Of a stretch of DNA of 17,195 bases, positions 8,659 through 16,133 are shown in pieces. The stretch's first letter is position 1; each line of letters starts with the position of its first letter. The DNA is taken from the sequence record MK054204.1; one strand, 5' to 3'. The position numbers and the translations under genes are program-made. The notes beneath the pieces were generated by a model. The model worked only from the letters and a program-made list of their open reading frames with translations. It did no database searches and was not told the origin of the DNA.

Positions 8659-8672
8659 TTTACAAAGGGCCT
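8659..8672 (-). promoter_or_regulatory. T3-like promoter for the 302-aa secreted protein
   Basis: AGGCCCTTTGTAAA about 24 nt upstream of ATG 8635. Confidence 0.65.
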
Positions 8673-9048
8673 AACTAACGCAGATATTATGTTTTTTGCA
8701 AACATGGTCTAGGGTTGAATCAGTGTTTCTAAACTCCTTTTTGCATATGGGACAAGTCTTTGCATGCTCGGTGTATCGGATGTGTTGTTTCAGACTAACT
8801 GATGAAGAAAATGGCATTAAGCAAAGGGGACAGACGTAAGGCGATACTGCTTTACTTGTCAGTAACTTATAGAGATAACCGCTTTCATCTAACAACTGGG
8901 GGTTATGGATTAACGCTTTAACAATAGCCCTAATTATTCTTTTCTGTTCCGGCGTCAGACTGTGGTATCGTTCCAGTTCTTCTAAAGTCACGTGAATCGT
9001 AATCCCCTTATGGTTACTCCTCAGGTGCGTTTTACTGCCTGACTCCAT
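8671..9048 (-). CDS. Tandem C2H2 zinc-finger protein, SSV1 B129 homolog
   Basis: CPLC..HIRYTEH and CPIC..HVCKKH; ATG at 9048 after GGAGGG. Confidence 0.9.
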   Translation of the reverse strand: MESGSKTHLRSNHKGITIHVTLEELERYHSLTPEQKRIIRAIVKALIHNPQLLDESGYLYKLLTSKAVSPYVCPLCLMPFSSSVSLKQHIRYTEHAKTCPICKKEFRNTDSTLDHVCKKHNICVS

Positions 9049-9650
9049 TCCTATCCCTCCAACAGTAGTTGTAAAACGCACACTCTAGGCATTCACTATC
9101 AGGCTTAACTTTTTTCGGCGGTAAGATGTTTTCCTCAACTGAAATCCCGAAAGCGTTAGCCCTAGCCTCTAAGTCAGTCTCTGAATAATCACGTTTAATC
9201 TCTTCCACCCTACCATCCGCATACACGATTATTAAATACCCCGCCATAGCATTAGCCATTTCAATGTAATAGTTAAGTTGTCTGAGGTAGTTGTTGAGCC
9301 TAACGTTATCCAGTGATTGCTGATGCGTATACTTCAACTCGTAAACCGTTTGCTCTTCTTTGTCGTAAACGTCCACTTTGCCTACTATTTGAAACCCTAA
9401 AGCCGTCTTCCGTTCAACCCTCTTTTCAACCTCAAAGCCATGCTTTNCTAAGTATTGATTGCAAACGCATATGAAGACCTGAACCTATGTGCATCCTCAT
9501 TGTAGTTTGTAAATTCTGTTTTATTTTACCGTTATGTCTCATTAGAAAACTTTGTCGAAGGCATCTACTAAGCTCAGTAACCCAGATCGTCTTAGTATCG
9601 TTAGTAGTTATCATTTCATAATTATATAATATATCAATGAGTCTNCTCAT
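9032..9650 (-). CDS. cas4: Cas4-like (RecB-family, Fe-S) nuclease; apparent frameshift at N 9447 is probably artefactual
   Basis: Track ORFs 9432-9650 and 9032-9376 join on removing the N at 9447 (205 aa). Motifs RC, GSGLH, GKVD, YELK, QLNYY and CLECAFYNYC all present. Confidence 0.85.
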
Positions 9651-9946
9651 NNTTTNCTCGCCCTCTTATGCCTCCTAATCGTCAAAGTATTCCAACAAAC
9701 TACAAACGCCTCTATCACACTATCATAATAAATCATCGATGTGGGGGCAAAGTGCAATACTAAAATTGTTATAAGAAGTAACGTAGCTAAAGAAAATTTA
9801 TAGAACGCTAATCGCAAAGGCGTTTCAATGAATTTCCTNGCAATTGCATTAACCTCTCTCACTCCCTCAATTCTAAGCCCTAATACCGTTGTAAAATAAT
9901 CGTTAAAGTGCATACCATAGAATGCTAATAATTCCGCTATCATCAT
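9647..9946 (-). CDS. Membrane protein, SSV1 C102-like
   Basis: FNDYFTTVLGL...E.NA...LRLAFYKF pattern; ATGA overlaps at both ends. Confidence 0.78.
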   Translation of the reverse strand: MMIAELLAFYGMHFNDYFTTVLGLRIEGVREVNAIXRKFIETPLRLAFYKFSLATLLLITILVLHFAPTSMIYYDSVIEAFVVCWNTLTIRRHKRAXKX

Positions 9947-10074
9947 TCTCTCACCCTGAAGTANANATAGAAATATTCTAGCGTAAACTTGCTCTGCATA
10001 TGCCCACTAAGCAAATGCTCAACCACTTCCCTTCTTTTCCTAAATATACCGCCACAACGTAGACACTGATACAT
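9943..10074 (-). CDS. C2H2 zinc-finger protein, SSV1 A45 homolog (43 aa; not in the ORF track)
   Basis: Hand translation MYQCLRCGGIFRKRREVVEHLLSGHMQSKFTLEYFYxYFRVRE; TAATG and ATGA coupling to its neighbours. Confidence 0.88.
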   Translation of the reverse strand: MYQCLRCGGIFRKRREVVEHLLSGHMQSKFTLEYFYXYFRVRE

Positions 10075-10316
10075 TATTGACCCACCTCTAATTTACGTTT
10101 AATTGCCAACCTAACGCTCTTAGGTAACTTGTAAGTAGTAAATAGATAGCAATATACGAGATGATCGATATCGTACTTACTGTAAAAGTGTTGATTAAGC
10201 CTTATGTATGTATTATTGCAAACTGGACATTTATTTAGCACATGATTCCTTCGCGTATGTTGTTTCAATGCGAATAATCTAATCGTTGTGAAACCACAAA
10301 TAGGGCATCTAAACAT
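10074..10316 (-). CDS. C2H2 zinc-finger protein, SSV1 A79 homolog
   Basis: CPICG..LKQHTRRNH, CPVC..HFYSKYDIDH. Confidence 0.9.
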   Translation of the reverse strand: MFRCPICGFTTIRLFALKQHTRRNHVLNKCPVCNNTYIRLNQHFYSKYDIDHLVYCYLFTTYKLPKSVRLAIKRKLEVGQ

Positions 10317-10551
10317 TTTCCAAGTACCTCACTAATGCTTCTCTGATGAGCTCAGATTTTGTAATTTTTCTCTTGGACGCAATCATCTCTAGTTTCGCGT
10401 TCAACTCAGGCGGTAGTTTAAATGATATTACTTGCATTGTATCATATAACGTTAATTCTATTGTGCCATCATTCATCTTCACTTCGATCTTTCTATAAGT
10501 TTTTGCATAGGAGGGTCTCGGCAACTTGATATATTCAACCCTAGCCTTCAT
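10309..10551 (-). CDS. Ribbon-helix-helix regulator, SSV1 C80 homolog
   Basis: MKARVEYIKLPR start after GGTGA gives 80 aa; C-terminal VISFKLPPELNAKLE...KSELIREAL RHH signature. Confidence 0.9.
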   Translation of the reverse strand: MKARVEYIKLPRPSYAKTYRKIEVKMNDGTIELTLYDTMQVISFKLPPELNAKLEMIASKRKITKSELIREALVRYLENV

Positions 10552-10552
10552 C

Positions 10553-10714
10553 TCAATCACCACACTCACAATATTCAATTGCATGCTCTATAGTTTCTTT
10601 CAATTCCTCTAATGATTCAATTAGCTCTTTATCGCAAGGTGCGTTGCTTAATAGATCATCTAATTGTTGTTTAATATATGCTAACTGTTCTAAGTAAAAT
10701 TCAATATCAGTCAT
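10553..10714 (-). CDS. Hypothetical acidic coiled-coil protein (53 aa; not in the ORF track)
   Basis: MTDIEFYLEQLAYIKQQLDDLLSNAPCDKELIESLEELKETIEHAIEYCECGD; GAGGTGG/GAGG ribosome-binding site; fills the gap between A100 and C80. Confidence 0.75.
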   Translation of the reverse strand: MTDIEFYLEQLAYIKQQLDDLLSNAPCDKELIESLEELKETIEHAIEYCECGD

Positions 10715-10727
10715 TCCTCAAACCACC

Positions 10728-11048
10728 TCAGTGATATATGTTCCACAATAATTTCGCTATCTTTTTCAATATCTCTTCTCTCACACCTTCTATTACTTTT
10801 TCATTACTGCTAGTTCTATAAATTTCGTAAAGTTTGTAGATTTTGATTAGCAGATTTTTGACTCTTTCAAACTCCGGGTCTGTCTCTTCATAATTAATTT
10901 TGTTTTCTAGTTGAGTCTCGCCTTCTTGTGCGTTTATCTTTACGTATAGTTTATTGTACGGGGTTTTATCTTCAACCCTTACGGATTGGATAAAAAAATT
11001 GAATTGAAGTTCATCTTGGAGGATTTCCTTGTTTTGAACCTCCACCAT
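10728..11048 (-). CDS. SSV1 A100-like protein
   Basis: C-terminal KLYEIY...EEILKKIAKLL pattern; first gene of the T6-like operon. Confidence 0.65.
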   Translation of the reverse strand: MVEVQNKEILQDELQFNFFIQSVRVEDKTPYNKLYVKINAQEGETQLENKINYEETDPEFERVKNLLIKIYKLYEIYRTSSNEKVIEGVREEILKKIAKLLWNIYH

Positions 11049-11057
11049 TTTGGGGAA

Positions 11058-11120
11058 CCTCTATGTACGATATACATAGAGCAAATATTTAAACTTTATG
11101 CTATATAGCTATCGTACATA
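11058..11120 (-). promoter_or_regulatory. T6-like early promoter with operator-like inverted repeat
   Basis: AAAG-TTTAAATA box flanked by the 11-bp IR TATGTACGATA (11062-11072)/TATCGTACATA (11110-11120). Confidence 0.8.
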
Positions 11121-11163
11121 CAAGAACAATTTCTTATAAATTCGCATAAATGCTATATGCATA

Positions 11164-11493
11164 ATGAACATAGAGGAATACATGAAAACCGAGTTAACAA
11201 ACAAACTCATTTCAACTCCAATGAAACTATTACTTATAATCGGACTTCTTTACGAAGAAACGCGAGAATGGCCCGGAGTCTCAGAGATTTATACCCAAAT
11301 AAATAGAAACACCTATGTGTGGTATAATTGGCAAGATTTTTTCCTCCAACAAGAGTTGATAGAAATTAAGGAAACAAAATCTGCCGTCGGCTCAACAAAA
11401 AAGGTCGTAATACTGACGGAGAAAGGAAGAAAAATTTACGAACTATTAAAGGACTGTATGGACAGAATGGCATTAATTGAGAACGAGAAGTAA
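11164..11493 (+). CDS. Winged-helix (MarR/PadR-like) transcription regulator
   Basis: GVSEIY helix, wing ending VILTEKGRKIYELL; TTATAAAT box about 23 nt upstream (leaderless); divergent from the T6-like promoter. Confidence 0.75.
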   Translation: MNIEEYMKTELTNKLISTPMKLLLIIGLLYEETREWPGVSEIYTQINRNTYVWYNWQDFFLQQELIEIKETKSAVGSTKKVVILTEKGRKIYELLKDCMDRMALIENEK

Positions 11494-11506
11494 CGGGGTT
11501 TTGTTT

Positions 11507-11523
11507 AAAAAAGAAAAAAGAAA
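11507..11523 (-). terminator. Double T6 tract, likely terminator of minus-strand transcription
   Basis: TTTCTTTTTTCTTTTTT on the minus strand, just before the end of the convergent wHTH gene. Confidence 0.5.
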
Positions 11524-11803
11524 TATCTTTTTGGTAGGGAGGGGGGTAGGGGAGAACGGCGGGGCGTCAATTGTATAACACAGTACTTCTAACCCTACCC
11601 CTCTCAAGTACTTTATGTAAATGTTTCTTAATCACTGGCACCTTTGTTACATCTAATTCGTCTTCTGTTAGTTGTTTTTGATTCACTACACAGAATCTAT
11701 ATTATAATACTTAAAAAAGGATATGGTAGATAATAACAAGTATTACCCCATCTTTATCTTGAAAAGTTAAACAGAAGCAAAATCGGTATTATTATATAAA
11801 GTT

Positions 11804-12178
11804 TTATTTCTTTATATTACTGGTGTGATACCCAATTCCGAAGGGAATAAAGTCTCTTAGTCTGAATCTATTAATGTTGAACACCATCCTATCCTCTAGA
11901 TAACATTGAGCCAACTTAAGACACTGATGCACCTCCTCCAACACCTTTCTTGCTTTTTCATCCAAGATCATTATATCTGAATAAGGTATATGAACATGAT
12001 AACGGCCCTTACGAGGATTATAGACGGCGTAAAGCATCCAGTCAGTCCTATCCCTAAAAATCACCACAGACCCAACCGGGGTTATTGCCACCCAATTCAA
12101 GTTATCCCAATTGATATGTTTCGAAATACTAAAGCCGTGAGTCCTAATTATAAGCATTAACTGTTCTTGATTCTCCAC
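11804..12178 (-). CDS. Hypothetical protein, last gene of the replication-like operon
   Basis: GTG start after GGGTGAGGGG; overlaps the end of the 681-aa gene. Confidence 0.65.
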   Translation of the reverse strand: MENQEQLMLIIRTHGFSISKHINWDNLNWVAITPVGSVVIFRDRTDWMLYAVYNPRKGRYHVHIPYSDIMILDEKARKVLEEVHQCLKLAQCYLEDRMVFNINRFRLRDFIPFGIGYHTSNIKK

Positions 12179-14202
12179 TTCCCCTCACCCGCCTCCTCTA
12201 TTATATCCAGTTTTTTCAGGATATCCCTCCATAACTCTTGACTCCTAGGGTCTGTAGCTTGAACAGTATACTCTAATATCTTGCTTAACTCATCGTCAAT
12301 AATGATATCTTTACCCAATAGCTTCGATCTCACATAGTTTATCAACATTTCATCTATATCGTAGCTTGAATGGATTTCCTGATTCTCATCTATCTCCTCC
12401 TCCAATTCCGCGAGGACTTTCAACCCGTAATGTGATAAAGCCCATGAGAACTTCTTACCATCATAAGCTTTCCATAATAACCCCTTATCGTAAAGAGCAT
12501 CCAAGAGCTTTTTAGTTTCTTGTGTACTCATTTTGATAATTTGGGCAACCTCTGATGTTGTCACGTCCTTAGTTTCCTCATCTTTCTCTCCTTGTATAAA
12601 TCCGTGATCAAGCAACCATCTCAATAACTGCAAATCCCTTTCCGACAACTCCAGTGTTGTCAATATAATATCCTTCTTGAAATAACGCATCACAAAATTC
12701 ACATCTTCCTCTTTTACCTCTTCATGCCCGTACATAGACGCGGTAGCTCTGACTAAATTCCTTGTAATCTCCGTTGCACGATAGATGTTCTTAAAGTTGA
12801 TAAACTTCTTGAGGAGTTCGATAACCTTTAAACCTATAGAGTCCGTAAATACCGGGTCGTTGGGCCTCGTTTTTAACCAGACATATGCGATAAGCTTCAG
12901 TCTAGAAAACTTTTCATCGTCTATACTCTTCCTCATCAAGATTGTACTAATAATTTTTTCCTTGATACTCTCATCTTCTACCGGTGAAAGGTAGAGTTGG
13001 ATTGAACGATTAGTGATTTGATGGTCAACATTTGCGGTCACGTTAGTCGTGATAAAAGTTGGTTGTCCCGGGATCACTTTTTGTATTGTCTTTATTTCCC
13101 CGGTTTCAGTCTTTACCGGGACTAGCGTTGTTATTCTACCCTCACTCATTGCTTCCCTTAAATAGCTTACCCCTTCAACATTATCCAATTGTTCGATGAA
13201 CAATACCTTACCGTCTAATGTGCCGATATCGAGATACCCTAGACTCTCTTTTGTTATTCTTGTAACATTAAGAACAACCCAATCATCCACTCCATCATTC
13301 ATCTCATAAAACATCTTTAAAATAGATTTGATCGTTGAGGACTTACCTACACCGGAACTACCCGTTAAGATTAAGTGAACACGGTATATCCCGAAGAGCT
13401 TCTTTAACTGTGAGGAAATTACGCTCAGTAGCACCGCAACCTTAAGCTTCTCATTCCCTACGACTTCGGAAGCTCTCGAGAGGAAGAAGCCTAAGGGATC
13501 ACGGTTTATCTCCTCCCACTCTTCATACCTTTTCACCACCTCACGTACGTCTGTCCATTGTATATATTTTTCTGGTTCTATTCGTTCTAACCATACATCG
13601 AGAGCATCGCTAATTAGTTGCTTAGAGATATGTCTTTGGCCTCTGAACGTGTAAAGCTTCTCTACAATCTCTTTCTTATTCCTAATATAGTATATTGTTT
13701 TGCCCTCAACCTTATAGAAGTCCACAGTAGTCAATAGACTCAAAGTTTCATTCTTCTTTTTGGCCACAAGTTCAAATTGAGGAAGTTGAGGTAACTTGAG
13801 GTCTATAATTCTAGTACTGTCCTCAATTGTTCCAGCGAAACCATAGTATATTTCAAATTTTGTTTTGTTCTTACCCTTGATTATTATCATATTATCTTTA
13901 ATTTCAATATTTTCATCTTCAATTTCTTTCTCCTCTTCTGCTAAAAATTCTCCGGAAGTATTTGGAGAGATAGAGGAATTTGTGTCGTTTGTGTCGCTTT
14001 TGAATTTTTCTCGTGTGTCGCTTACTAAATTGGGCGACACAAACGACACATTTTCATTATACCCTTTCTGAACTTCCGGAGAATTTTTATCAAACGACAC
14101 TTCATTTTTTGAATTATTTTGTGTCGCTGAGTTATTATTTCCGTCTTTATTTTTCTTTAATTTTTCTTGGACAATCCTCCTAAGCGTTTCCCTATCAACC
14201 AT
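12157..14202 (-). CDS. MCM-like AAA+ ATPase with C-terminal winged helix (putative replicative helicase/initiator)
   Basis: Walker A GSSGVGKS; Walker B variant VLFIEQLD; LREAMSEGRITT; sensor-1 FITTN; NRS arginine finger; C-terminal TTSEVAQ...LYDKGLL wHTH. Confidence 0.75.
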   Translation of the reverse strand: MVDRETLRRIVQEKLKKNKDGNNNSATQNNSKNEVSFDKNSPEVQKGYNENVSFVSPNLVSDTREKFKSDTNDTNSSISPNTSGEFLAEEEKEIEDENIEIKDNMIIIKGKNKTKFEIYYGFAGTIEDSTRIIDLKLPQLPQFELVAKKKNETLSLLTTVDFYKVEGKTIYYIRNKKEIVEKLYTFRGQRHISKQLISDALDVWLERIEPEKYIQWTDVREVVKRYEEWEEINRDPLGFFLSRASEVVGNEKLKVAVLLSVISSQLKKLFGIYRVHLILTGSSGVGKSSTIKSILKMFYEMNDGVDDWVVLNVTRITKESLGYLDIGTLDGKVLFIEQLDNVEGVSYLREAMSEGRITTLVPVKTETGEIKTIQKVIPGQPTFITTNVTANVDHQITNRSIQLYLSPVEDESIKEKIISTILMRKSIDDEKFSRLKLIAYVWLKTRPNDPVFTDSIGLKVIELLKKFINFKNIYRATEITRNLVRATASMYGHEEVKEEDVNFVMRYFKKDIILTTLELSERDLQLLRWLLDHGFIQGEKDEETKDVTTSEVAQIIKMSTQETKKLLDALYDKGLLWKAYDGKKFSWALSHYGLKVLAELEEEIDENQEIHSSYDIDEMLINYVRSKLLGKDIIIDDELSKILEYTVQATDPRSQELWRDILKKLDIIEEAGEGKWRIKNS
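13942..14127. repeat. Nested inverted repeats plus GTGTCG iteron cluster (candidate replication origin)
   Basis: 18-bp IR at 13942-13959/14072-14089 and 17-bp IR at 13981-13997/14034-14050 share centre 14015.5; seven GTGTCG/CGACAC copies. Confidence 0.85.
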
Positions 14203-15909
14203 TTAGGCCACCTCTAAACCCATCAACCTCTTCACGTTAGCATAACCGAACCTCTTATCAATCAAGTAAATTGTTGCATTGTCTTGCGGACCACGGATAG
14301 CCCTCCCTATCGCTTGTTTAACCTTAATTATAGCCTTCTCATATAATACAGTCCATTTGAAACTATTAGGATCTTTGTTCACCCTTTTCACAACTACTTC
14401 AATCATCTTGTCCAAGTAAGGGTCTTTGTACTCCGGCAGAGGTAGACCAACAACGAATATTGCCTTAATCCTACTCCTTCCTTGATCGTCTAAAACTTCA
14501 ATTCCTTCACTTAATTTCCCACCCGCAACTGCGAAAATTATTGAACCGTTAGGCAACTTTTTTACCCTATCAAGCACATCCGGTCTAACATCTTCGAAAA
14601 ACGAATCCATAAACAGATATCTATAAGCCTCTAACTCCTCGTAACTCGGTAAAATAACTAAGTTTAACCCGTCTTTTGAAGTATATTGCCTAATAATCTG
14701 AGCGACTTTTTGCCTATACTCTTTCCTTTTCACTTTGATATACTCCACATTATCCTCAAGGTAGATTTTCGCCCCATTAAAGTGGTTACTTAGAGACGTG
14801 GAGTTCCATAGGTTTAGAGCGTTGATGTACTCAAAGTTGTTGAGACCCCATACGGTTTTGATATAATCCTTTGAGGGCATCGTACCGCTCAAAAGAATAT
14901 ACCTATAATTATTTAGTTGAGATAGCCACAACGAGGGGTCTGCGGGCATCGTTTTAATATATTCTCCATTCTGTGTATCCCTTTCAATATAATAATCATC
15001 TTTTTTTGCCCACGCTTTATTTACTGCTTTGAACTTTGCTTGTAGTTCCTCATCTAAATACCCGGTATAGGAAAAACCGTTATCCGGATCCTTCACAAAT
15101 TCCCTGAATTCCTTAACTACTTTCTCCTTTACTCTCTCAGGATCCAAACCCTCAATAATGACTTTACTAAAGTACCTCTCTATCTCTTTCACCGTAAGCG
15201 TTATACTATTAATATTAAAGTCGTCAAGGTTATGTGCCTCATCAAAAATTATTATATCAAAAAGATCCTCATCCGGTTTCCTAATACCTAAGAAGAAATA
15301 GATGTAACTATATATCCTAATATCCGCCGTATTACCATCGATTAGGTCTCTAGCACATATACTATATTTCCTTCCATCTACATTGATTTCATTGTCCCTG
15401 AACCAGTTAGCGGTACCTTTTATCCCTACTTGTTTTAACATAGCGTTAAGCGTGTTTGTCACTGTAATCGTAAGTCTCCCTACTTCTTCTTCCATTTCAC
15501 GAAGTCTGTATCTACAGAAAGTTAAACTATCAGGGTCATAACATTTAGGGTTGAGATACTTCCTTTCTATAAACTTTTTATGCATTGTTACATGTTCTAT
15601 ATCGTCGACTTCTTTTGCACATTTTGTGCACCATAAAACGTACGGCTTCTTCATGACCTTGCAATATTCTCCTTTCCTCATAAGCCCGCCGAAGCTCATA
15701 CCCAACTTGTTTGCGTCCCTTTCCCAACTACTATATTGGCTTATGGTTCTGACATAAACGTAACCTTGCTTCTCCAGACGTCGCAACGTCTCCAACGCTA
15801 TAATTGTTTTGCCGGTTCCCGTTGGAGCATTAATAACTACACTGCGACCGTTGCTTAGAGCTTCTACGGCTTTCTTTATAATAACTTCTTGATAATCCCT
15901 AAGTATCAT
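14203..15909 (-). CDS. XPD/Rad3/DinG-family SF2 helicase
   Basis: Q motif LRDYQ; Walker A APTGTGKT; Cys-rich insert; DEAH; LLSGT; LSEGIE; VGLP; motif VI KQAIGRAIRG. Confidence 0.92.
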   Translation of the reverse strand: MILRDYQEVIIKKAVEALSNGRSVVINAPTGTGKTIIALETLRRLEKQGYVYVRTISQYSSWERDANKLGMSFGGLMRKGEYCKVMKKPYVLWCTKCAKEVDDIEHVTMHKKFIERKYLNPKCYDPDSLTFCRYRLREMEEEVGRLTITVTNTLNAMLKQVGIKGTANWFRDNEINVDGRKYSICARDLIDGNTADIRIYSYIYFFLGIRKPDEDLFDIIIFDEAHNLDDFNINSITLTVKEIERYFSKVIIEGLDPERVKEKVVKEFREFVKDPDNGFSYTGYLDEELQAKFKAVNKAWAKKDDYYIERDTQNGEYIKTMPADPSLWLSQLNNYRYILLSGTMPSKDYIKTVWGLNNFEYINALNLWNSTSLSNHFNGAKIYLEDNVEYIKVKRKEYRQKVAQIIRQYTSKDGLNLVILPSYEELEAYRYLFMDSFFEDVRPDVLDRVKKLPNGSIIFAVAGGKLSEGIEVLDDQGRSRIKAIFVVGLPLPEYKDPYLDKMIEVVVKRVNKDPNSFKWTVLYEKAIIKVKQAIGRAIRGPQDNATIYLIDKRFGYANVKRLMGLEVA

Positions 15910-16111
15910 GTTCCACCACCAGTGTGGCTTCTAGGGAAAAACTAATCTCGTATACCTTTGTGCCCGTAAAGATCAACAGTTTACCGTTGTCCCAACACAC
16001 CATTTTCGCTTTAACCTTATCGCCGTTCTCCAACCAAACTTCCTTGTCCTTTTCACACTCCCCGTTAAGCTCATTCACATATTTCCCATCCCTTATTTTT
16101 ATTACTGTCAT
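15899..16111 (-). CDS. Small beta-rich hypothetical protein (70 aa)
   Basis: ATG at 16111 after GAGGTGA; overlaps the helicase start. Confidence 0.7.
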   Translation of the reverse strand: MTVIKIRDGKYVNELNGECEKDKEVWLENGDKVKAKMVCWDNGKLLIFTGTKVYEISFSLEATLVVEHDT

Positions 16112-16126
16112 GAGAAAAATCACCTC

Positions 16127-16133
16127 AAAAAAA
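16127..16133 (-). terminator. Oligo-T (T7) tract directly after the stop of the 167-aa ORF
   Basis: TAA-TTTTTTT on the minus strand; Sulfolobales terminate at oligo-T tracts. Confidence 0.5.

Noticed and set aside
8263-8705. ORFs 8263-8484 and 8502-8705 on the minus strand
   Set aside because: Out-of-frame inside the 302-aa gene or across its promoter; no translation signals or motifs
9432-9650. cas4 as a true pseudogene or programmed frameshift
   Set aside because: The shift coincides with an ambiguous N, all motifs are intact, and I did not see a heptameric slippery site there
13865-14071. 68-aa plus-strand ORF
   Set aside because: Antisense shadow of the MCM-like gene, partly produced by the inverted repeats
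13942-14127. CRISPR-like mini-array
   Set aside because: Repeats are inverted and irregularly spaced, with no repeat-spacer periodicity, and lie in a coding region
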